The notes below the pieces were generated by a model that ran no database searches, was not told the origin of the DNA, and saw only the letters and a list, made by a program, of their open reading frames with translations. Made by a program: the position numbers and the translations under genes. 45,201 nt of DNA from positions 1-45,201 of IMG/VR virus record IMGVR_UViG_3300037424_000369, one strand, 5' to 3'. Source of the stretch: a virus. Lineage: Duplodnaviria; Caudoviricetes. Shown piece by piece: positions 36,830 through 43,670 of the stretch (positions are counted from its first letter, which is position 1; every line of letters starts with the position of its first letter).

Positions 36830-37128
36830 CGGAAGTCGAGGCCGTTGTCTTTGATAACGGCCATCATTGCGTTCTCTAAGGCCAGTATGACTTCTTCTTC
36901 ATTCGGAATATTCATCCTATAGTGAGCAAAGATAGCGTGGTGCAACTCGTGATAGAGTGCACTACGCTGTCTTTCGTCAGATTCAAGGGCATCTATCCAT
37001 ATAGTCTTCCTGGTATAATCATAGGACGCATCACGCCGGTCTCCGTTAGGTTCGAGGAGGTGCTTACTTTTCTTAACAACCATGAGCTTCCAGTCATAGC
37101 CAAGGAACCTGAATGGACCAGATTTCAT
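36826..37128 (-). CDS. HExxH zinc-metallopeptidase-like protein
   Basis: TIWID...ALYHELHHAIF...EEEVI. Confidence 0.75.
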   Translation of the reverse strand: MKSGPFRFLGYDWKLMVVKKSKHLLEPNGDRRDASYDYTRKTIWIDALESDERQRSALYHELHHAIFAHYRMNIPNEEEVILALENAMMAVIKDNGLDFR

Positions 37129-37829
37129 AGCGACCTCTTAGTGAACTTGATATAAGGTTTAAGCCTGTGGAATACCTTTTCTAATATAACGACGTCCTGT
37201 TTGTTGTGCTCGTAGATATAATCAAGCGATTGTTGGTCGCACTGCATAGCCTTGCGCCATGTTGACCATACCAACTTAGTCTTGCCCTTTATCCCCCAAT
37301 AATCACAAACCGATTCAAGTCTATTACTGCCAAGTTTCAGGTTCTTCTTAACTGCATAGTATAAATCCAAATGCAGTAGTTCACCATAGACAGGGAAATC
37401 AATCTGGTGGTATAGTGCCCTTGACCTTAGAAACTTGTTATCGAAGTTTGTGCCATAGTAAGTACAGATAATGTCGTACTTGTGAGACGTAAGAACGTCC
37501 ACCATAGACTGCACAATCTTCTTATCCTCAACCTTGGCATTGCGCATGTCCTTGAAATCTATCTTGTCACTAAGAAACTCATTCTTGCCAATAGTTTTAA
37601 CAAACCACGTCAACATCATAGACGTAAACCCATCAGCATCAAGGTCGGAAGTCTCAATATCAAGGAATCCGATCTTGCCCGCTTTTTGTGCCTCGGCCCA
37701 CCATTTGATAGACTCTTTGGGCATCTTATCTCTAAAACATTGTGGATGTTCCAATATGGTATGTCGGTGGCGACAGCGTGGCAGGCTTTTAACGTCAATT
37801 AGTATCGGTTGATTCCCATCTCCCATCAC
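37125..37829 (-). CDS. DEDD 3'-5' exonuclease (YprB/RNase_H_2-like)
   Basis: GFLDIETS, TYYGTNFD, HLDLY, SNRLESV, HNKQDV. Confidence 0.85.
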   Translation of the reverse strand: MMGDGNQPILIDVKSLPRCRHRHTILEHPQCFRDKMPKESIKWWAEAQKAGKIGFLDIETSDLDADGFTSMMLTWFVKTIGKNEFLSDKIDFKDMRNAKVEDKKIVQSMVDVLTSHKYDIICTYYGTNFDNKFLRSRALYHQIDFPVYGELLHLDLYYAVKKNLKLGSNRLESVCDYWGIKGKTKLVWSTWRKAMQCDQQSLDYIYEHNKQDVVILEKVFHRLKPYIKFTKRSL

Positions 37830-38041
37830 TTCTCCTTTTCGTTAGATGTCCACACAACCTTCCCAGTAGTCGTATCCATTACCCTGTACACCGTATTTTC
37901 ATTAAGGGTTTTGGCGTGCATAATAAGAGCGTCAGGCTTATGTAGTTTGTCTCGGTGCATGGTAGCCCACATTTTATTTGTGGGCATATTCAACTGTATT
38001 TCGTAGGTATGCTTAGTGTCGGGGGCTTTCTTCTTGGTCAT
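37826..38041 (-). CDS. Hypothetical protein (71 aa)
   Basis: AAGGAG RBS; ATGA-coupled to exonuclease. Confidence 0.65.
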   Translation of the reverse strand: MTKKKAPDTKHTYEIQLNMPTNKMWATMHRDKLHKPDALIMHAKTLNENTVYRVMDTTTGKVVWTSNEKEK

Positions 38042-38170
38042 AACACTCCTTTAATGGGGTGGTGGGCAGGTTGATGGCATTAACTCAACCATCTCTCGGG
38101 CTACCCCATGCCCCTTGCCCCCTGCCCACCTTATTATGAAGGTGGCCACAACGACCATCTTCTACTCTCT

Positions 38171-38207
38171 AATATATGAAACCCCTCAACTGATGTCAAG
38201 GGGTTTC
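38171..38207 (-). promoter_or_regulatory. sigma70-type promoter whose -35 is enclosed by a 9-bp inverted repeat
   Basis: Minus strand TTGACA(38199-94)-N17-TATATT(38176-71); GAAACCCCT (38178-86)/AGGGGTTTC (38199-207). Confidence 0.7.
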
Positions 38208-38241
38208 TGCGAGGTGGGATGGGAGAAGTGGGGTGAAAGGA

Positions 38242-38871
38242 CTATGCGCTAATTCTCGTAAACCATGCGTCGCTCCATATATGAGCAGGCGTGACCTCAG
38301 AGTTTGGCCTTGTCGGGAATATCGGACTCTGACCGAGCACAGCACAGAATCCAGCATCTAAACACTCGGAGGCCTTGTCGGAGCATACGCCCACGCCACC
38401 AGGGATTTCGAGCCAGTTGATATGCTTTTTGCCGTCACCAAACCAGTCATTAATCCAGTAGTTGGGCAATTGTAAGATGTCATAGTTGATGCCAAACTTA
38501 CCGACAAATTTCGCCCAATCCGATGGCTTTCTTTTCGTTATCTCTGCCATTTTATTGGACATAGCATTGATAAATTTAGCGTTAACTATGCCACCATAGT
38601 TATTGATTCGGAATAGATACCTCGAAGGCTTGTCACCCTCGAACATCTTGTCGAAGTCCGGTCGCCCGTAAATAACCATCTTGGCTTTCGGGAATGTCTG
38701 GCTGAACGTGCAAACCTCTGCATCTGTAACCCATAGTACAACCTCTGCGTGGGTAGCCCTCGACGCAGGTTCCACGAAACCGAGGTGGCGTTGGAACTCC
38801 TGAATCCTGCGAGCCAGAAACCCAGGACTCCATGAAACCCAAGCTATCCAATCCGCTGGCCTTATATCCAT
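38242..38871 (-). CDS. Permuted papain-like (NlpC/P60, YiiX/YaeF-type) amidase
   Basis: IRPADW, ATHAEVV (His), NYD, GVCSD (Cys), VTPAHI in permuted order. Confidence 0.7.
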   Translation of the reverse strand: MDIRPADWIAWVSWSPGFLARRIQEFQRHLGFVEPASRATHAEVVLWVTDAEVCTFSQTFPKAKMVIYGRPDFDKMFEGDKPSRYLFRINNYGGIVNAKFINAMSNKMAEITKRKPSDWAKFVGKFGINYDILQLPNYWINDWFGDGKKHINWLEIPGGVGVCSDKASECLDAGFCAVLGQSPIFPTRPNSEVTPAHIWSDAWFTRISA

Positions 38872-38880
38872 GACACACCC

Positions 38881-39024
38881 CTACTTATTAATTTTAATTG
38901 CAAAGGTTGTCTTGATAAACTTCCAGACTTTGACTTCGATTTCGATGAACCGTTTAACCGCAGGTAGTTCACCAATAATCGGTGCATAGGTTTCGTCCAC
39001 GTTTTTGATTTTGAATGATGCCAT
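38881..39024 (-). CDS. Small hypothetical protein (47 aa, not in track)
   Basis: GAAGGA RBS; MASFKIKNVDETYAPIIGELPAVKRF... Confidence 0.55.
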   Translation of the reverse strand: MASFKIKNVDETYAPIIGELPAVKRFIEIEVKVWKFIKTTFAIKINK

Positions 39025-39027
39025 GAT

Positions 39028-39207
39028 TTATCCTTCTTTCTTGGCTTCTGTTTTCATGCCGGAACGCAGGGTTGCAAAACCCGTACCGTTAAGGATTCCC
39101 ATAATAGTAATATAGGTGGTCTCGTCAATATATCCGAGAGCCTTTGCGATGGTAGCAATTCCCATGCCAACGGCCACCAGATACGTTTTCCATCCAGTCA
39201 ACTTCAT
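39028..39207 (-). CDS. Holin-like small membrane protein (59 aa, not in track)
   Basis: GGAGG RBS, ATGA overlap with endolysin; MKLTGWKTYLVAVGMGIATIAKALG...IMGILNGTGFATLRSG. Confidence 0.7.
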   Translation of the reverse strand: MKLTGWKTYLVAVGMGIATIAKALGYIDETTYITIMGILNGTGFATLRSGMKTEAKKEG

Positions 39208-39572
39208 ACATCCTCCAACTCATAGTGAGGCATATCGCAAAATTTCTTCCGCGCTCCACCCCACGTTACATTTATGTTTAATTGTTTGGCAACTATTAAT
39301 ACCCAATTAGCAAACTCTCGGATACCGTCGAAACCTTTCCAAAGAATCGGGTACGGCATAACGTCAACCGCCAGAGACGGCACCTTATTATGTTTACTGT
39401 CGGGCCACCTGACCTTACTGTATAATGGATATGCCTTTTCCTGTTCCTCTTTGGTGCGATGTCCGCAAATAATTGCACAGTCCCTATCCTTGATTACTTC
39501 TGTGAACAATCGGATAAGGTCGGGATGGCACGTATTGAGCCGTGCCATTGACCTGTTTGAGAATTGTGGCAT
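39204..39572 (-). CDS. Endolysin, M15 family (L-Ala-D-Glu peptidase-like)
   Basis: CGHRTKEEQ, SKHNKVPSLAVD, WGG, DMPHYEL; TAATG overlap with upstream gene. Confidence 0.92.
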   Translation of the reverse strand: MPQFSNRSMARLNTCHPDLIRLFTEVIKDRDCAIICGHRTKEEQEKAYPLYSKVRWPDSKHNKVPSLAVDVMPYPILWKGFDGIREFANWVLIVAKQLNINVTWGGARKKFCDMPHYELEDV

Positions 39573-41884
39573 TATCTCACCCACCAGTTAGATGCAGGGG
39601 CTACTCTGTTACGAGTGTACCAAGGACTATAACCCTGTTTGGTGATTACAAAGTCGTATTTCAATGAGTCCACGCCAGACTTAATGCTTGCCGATGGGAA
39701 GATGTCAAGGTAGCCGTAACCAGCAGAATCCGTTATTGCGAAGTGCTCTCTCGGTACTATGGCTACGGTATCAGCACCGGAAATATATGACCACGCTTTG
39801 TTGTTGGTTCTTGGTATTACCCTGAATACTGCGCTACCCACAGAGTCACCCAACACATCCCACGTATGAACGTAAGCACGTATCAGGGCAGGGTTAGATG
39901 GCGAACTGATTGTATTGGCAGTTACCGCTATGGTATCCTTAATATCAGCCGTGAATGTCGTAGTCTCTGGGATAGTGGATTGCGTGTAGTTGGGCATGAA
40001 GGCATAACCGTAGTAGGTTCCATCGTCTAATGCGAACACAGCCCAACCATCGGAGTTGGTAGCGTCGTAGTAGTTGGAGCCACCACCGCTTGCCTGTAGT
40101 CTCACGTTGACACCCTGAACACCACCAGTAGATGACTCAACATATATAGAACAAGCATTGGCACCAGAGCCAGTATCGCCAAGTCCCGAAAAATCATCTT
40201 TGATATTATTGTCATCGCCGGAGGCACCACTATAATCGCCGAGTTTGTTCATAATGGAATAGGTAAGGTCGAGTAGTACGTTTAAGACCGAGTTGGTATC
40301 TTCCCATGCCGCGCTGACGTTTGGTGCGCCTATATAACCCTTAATCGAATCGAGCGTAGTTCTCATGCCCAACACCCAATCGCCGATTGAATTATCGGCA
40401 TACTCCCAAGGTGAGCTTGTATTCGGCGAACCGAGTAAGCCAAGTAGCGAGTCGGCTTTATTCCATAGACCCTTCAAGGTATCAGCCCATACGCCGCCTA
40501 TGCCAGCCAGTGTTGAATCAATCTCGGTCTGTGTCCAGTACTGGCCTTTATCTTTCCATACTTTCATCACAGTACCAACGGGAGGATATGAGTTGAAGCC
40601 ATCTTGTACGTAGACGAAACCGGAATCGGCGTCATAATCGGTTATTGTGGCCGACACAACCTCACCAAAGGCGTAGCTGTATGATATAATCTGTCCGTCA
40701 AGCGTTCCGGTTGGCGCAAGCAAGCTGGTCTTGAATTGGTATGACGCATTATTGGGCGAATCCAACACCGTACAGGTATCGAAGTCCGAGCCGTAAGGCG
40801 TGTAGAGATTGCCAGCGGCCCAAGTGTTTAGGGTAATGGTGTCGAGTACACCACTGCCACCCATATTCGACATCAGCCATGCGCCAATTTTAGAGGTATC
40901 AATTATGGTGGTATCGTTTTCTCCAAATATGGCATCGACCATTTCTGACCGTGTGGCCGTATTGCCAACGTTCAGGAGCGTATCGCCGGACTCAACCGTA
41001 TCGGTTGGCGTAAACACTAATTCTTCATGGCCCTGTAACAAGGCGAGAATCGAAGTAGTGTCGGTGCTGCCTACTCCCAAGGCGTCAATATCCGCATCAA
41101 TACCATCGAGACCGTCGCCGTTTGTGTAATCATAAAGGCTGAGTATATAATATCCTATATCTCCAGCGTTTTCCACGTAAGCACTTAAGTCGAATTTCAG
41201 CATTTTGCCAAAAACATTAATATTAACAACCGATGAATCCAACGCGCCATCTTTGAAATCTTCCGGTGCAATAGTATCATCGGTAATGGTTAGGGTGTTG
41301 ACATCGACTGCATCGTCAACCTGAGCGTTGGAAATCGTGCCCCCCATTGTATCGTAATTGGCGGCATTCTTATTGAGCGAATCTGACATTGCCCCCATAT
41401 CGCTCATTGTCGCCGTCGAATCGAACATAACCCTGGCGGATTGCACATAATTAGAATCATTCATTACGTCTCTAACGCTGTCTGCAACCGCCTTACCTAT
41501 CGCAATTCTTGTCGCGCTTTCACAAATAAATGTCCCTGATTTCGGCGTTCCCCATCCAGTACCTCCGTTTTTATAGCCAACCGATGTATAGGTGTAATTT
41601 CCTATTCTCGGAGACGCCACGATAACCCGAATGGCATAGTTTGGGAATTTAGTGCCCCCGAGATCAAGCGTCTTGATTGTTGCCGCATTGTAGGCTCCTT
41701 TTAGGGCATAGACGGAATCGCCGACCGGAGATATGACGGCAACGGCAACGGAATCGCCTGATGCCAGAGCCACGCCGTTGATGTTGCCAACGGAGTCAAT
41801 CAGGCTCAGCGGCACATAGAGCGTATCGGCCCCATAGGCGCCGACTGCCCATGTTAGCAATAAAAAGATAAGTAGCTTTTTCAT
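39572..41884 (-). CDS. Secreted (Sec signal) 770-aa multidomain protein, putative virion appendage
   Basis: MKKLLIFLLLTWAVGAYG-A signal; acidic helical repeats; C-terminal tandem beta-sandwich motifs (DATNSDGWAVFALDDGTY; ITDSAGYGYLDIFP). Confidence 0.75.
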   Translation of the reverse strand: MKKLLIFLLLTWAVGAYGADTLYVPLSLIDSVGNINGVALASGDSVAVAVISPVGDSVYALKGAYNAATIKTLDLGGTKFPNYAIRVIVASPRIGNYTYTSVGYKNGGTGWGTPKSGTFICESATRIAIGKAVADSVRDVMNDSNYVQSARVMFDSTATMSDMGAMSDSLNKNAANYDTMGGTISNAQVDDAVDVNTLTITDDTIAPEDFKDGALDSSVVNINVFGKMLKFDLSAYVENAGDIGYYILSLYDYTNGDGLDGIDADIDALGVGSTDTTSILALLQGHEELVFTPTDTVESGDTLLNVGNTATRSEMVDAIFGENDTTIIDTSKIGAWLMSNMGGSGVLDTITLNTWAAGNLYTPYGSDFDTCTVLDSPNNASYQFKTSLLAPTGTLDGQIISYSYAFGEVVSATITDYDADSGFVYVQDGFNSYPPVGTVMKVWKDKGQYWTQTEIDSTLAGIGGVWADTLKGLWNKADSLLGLLGSPNTSSPWEYADNSIGDWVLGMRTTLDSIKGYIGAPNVSAAWEDTNSVLNVLLDLTYSIMNKLGDYSGASGDDNNIKDDFSGLGDTGSGANACSIYVESSTGGVQGVNVRLQASGGGSNYYDATNSDGWAVFALDDGTYYGYAFMPNYTQSTIPETTTFTADIKDTIAVTANTISSPSNPALIRAYVHTWDVLGDSVGSAVFRVIPRTNNKAWSYISGADTVAIVPREHFAITDSAGYGYLDIFPSASIKSGVDSLKYDFVITKQGYSPWYTRNRVAPASNWWVR

Positions 41885-41885
41885 G

Positions 41886-42458
41886 TTATCTATCTCCGGT
41901 TAATAAGTTTCGCCGTCTTGCGCTTGTGGCTGCCGACTCAGTGTAATATACCCGCACCGCCAGAAAATCGAACGATATGCTTGTCACCAAAGCATCGCCG
42001 ATTGAACAAATAATTACGCTGAAATTGTCCGCGTTGATATGAACAGGACCAAATTTAGAGGTGTCGCTGACATCTATATAACGTATGCTGTCAATGGCAT
42101 CTGCGAAATTGGCAAAGCTCCACGTGCTGCAATTGGGTCTTTCAAAGAGCGGAACGGCCACCGTTACAGGCTCGTTACAATCACCGCATACATAGGTTGA
42201 TTGGTACAGCACCATCAGGCTGTCGACCGTTGCGGTCAACGGGATATCGGCCCCGTCGAAGGTGTGCACTTTCAGCGTATCGGTATCGCTTGCGCCGGTA
42301 TGCAGCGCATAGCTCCCGTTGTCGCTCAGAATATTAGTGTCGTCGGTCCATCCGAGGGACGTAACCTGAGTCGGTATTTTTAATATAGACGCACCAGAGG
42401 CGTTTTGCATTATAAGCAGACATAGGCCCGCCATTAGATATAATCGTTTTATAGCCAT
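41886..42458 (-). CDS. Secreted (Sec signal) 190-aa beta-sandwich protein
   Basis: MAIKRLYLMAGLCLLIMQNASG-A signal; ...FDFLAVRVYYT then short tail SARRRNLL. Confidence 0.7.
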   Translation of the reverse strand: MAIKRLYLMAGLCLLIMQNASGASILKIPTQVTSLGWTDDTNILSDNGSYALHTGASDTDTLKVHTFDGADIPLTATVDSLMVLYQSTYVCGDCNEPVTVAVPLFERPNCSTWSFANFADAIDSIRYIDVSDTSKFGPVHINADNFSVIICSIGDALVTSISFDFLAVRVYYTESAATSARRRNLLTGDR

Positions 42459-42775
42459 TCAACCTCAAACCCCGTGACGTTCTCGGCTAAAACCGTGTAG
42501 CCCGATTCGCCATAGAGCAGAATTGTATTATTGACAAACAGGATATTGCCCTGCCTGTCCAGTTCCAATGGGTTAGGCTCCAGCTCGGGGATAATCACCC
42601 TGAACAGTGTCTTGTCATCAATTAGAATCGAAAAGCAGTCCACGTTTTCCGCAACTGGATGATATGGCGAATTGCAATAGGTGTATATTACATTCTCTTG
42701 AAAGTGAATATACTCGTCCGTCTCAGCGGTCATTGGAAACGGATATCTATTGGGAATTACTATCGTGCATTTCAT
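42449..42775 (-). CDS. Hypothetical acidic protein without signal peptide, inside the secreted-protein cluster
   Basis: 108 aa, AAAGGG RBS. Confidence 0.6.
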   Translation of the reverse strand: MKCTIVIPNRYPFPMTAETDEYIHFQENVIYTYCNSPYHPVAENVDCFSILIDDKTLFRVIIPELEPNPLELDRQGNILFVNNTILLYGESGYTVLAENVTGFEVEWL

Positions 42776-42797
42776 ATTGAACCCTTTCGTTAAATGG

Positions 42798-43664
42798 TTA
42801 TCGGTTTAAGAGTCCGGTTCGATAATTAATATATTTCGTGTGAACGTACAACGAATCGCTGTCTTGCAATGTAGCAGTCCAGAGACGTACCCACACCCAG
42901 CGATAATCAGGGTTGGCGGGACGGGTATTCAGGGCTGTGATATCTACGGTATCCGGCGAGGCGTGAGTACTTTTGGCAAAACGAGTTGCCCCAGAAAAGG
43001 TGTTGTCGGTATCGACCCAGATAATAGACGAATCGGGCGGGCCAGTATAAACATATCGTATCTTTGCCGACGATGTTGTCGAATCAATTTGCGTCAGAGT
43101 ATCAATGGTAATCGAGGCCGCTGTCGTTGACCAGTGCGCAGCCAACGCCATGCGTATGCCAGGGGTAGCTATATTAGACCAGTTGGCTTGAAAGAGATTA
43201 AACGAATCTTGCGATGCAGCAGATGCCAAAGACGTTGTGCCGATTCCAGGTGCCGATGACACTCCAGTATAGATAACATCAAGAGTCAGGGTATAAACCG
43301 TATCAGTGGTTAATGCAAAACTACAAGGGATAACCTCTCTTTGCATAGTATTGTTGGTAGTTAACGTCAAAGTATCCGAAACAAACTTTTGCTTTGCAGG
43401 ATTGCCGCCCGCGTAACTGTATATTCCGATTACCAGTTTAGATGCTGCACTATTATCGTGTATCCACGCTATCAGGGTATCTATTGTTTCGGTTCCGTCC
43501 GAGGTTCGGGTTAGGGCCGAAACCCTGTTACCATAGCAAGCATTGGTGTCGACGGCTGTGCCAACTCCAGTGAACGCCGAATCCAACCCAAAGTACCCAT
43601 CGGCCAGAGCGACACTCGGCATCGCAAAAATTGTTAAGATTATCAGTAATCGTTTCATACTCAA
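42798..43664 (-). CDS. Secreted (Sec signal) 288-aa two-domain beta protein
   Basis: MSMKRLLIILTIFAMPSVALA-D signal (A-L-A); KLVIGIYS...P motif; FN3-like C-domain; AGGAG RBS. Confidence 0.75.
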   Translation of the reverse strand: MSMKRLLIILTIFAMPSVALADGYFGLDSAFTGVGTAVDTNACYGNRVSALTRTSDGTETIDTLIAWIHDNSAASKLVIGIYSYAGGNPAKQKFVSDTLTLTTNNTMQREVIPCSFALTTDTVYTLTLDVIYTGVSSAPGIGTTSLASAASQDSFNLFQANWSNIATPGIRMALAAHWSTTAASITIDTLTQIDSTTSSAKIRYVYTGPPDSSIIWVDTDNTFSGATRFAKSTHASPDTVDITALNTRPANPDYRWVWVRLWTATLQDSDSLYVHTKYINYRTGLLNR

Positions 43665-43670
43665 TATCTC

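Noticed and set aside
37125-37829. Cas4 or a CRISPR-associated nuclease
   Set aside because: Motifs are DEDD/RNase H-like, with no four-Cys Fe-S pattern, and there is no array or other cas gene.
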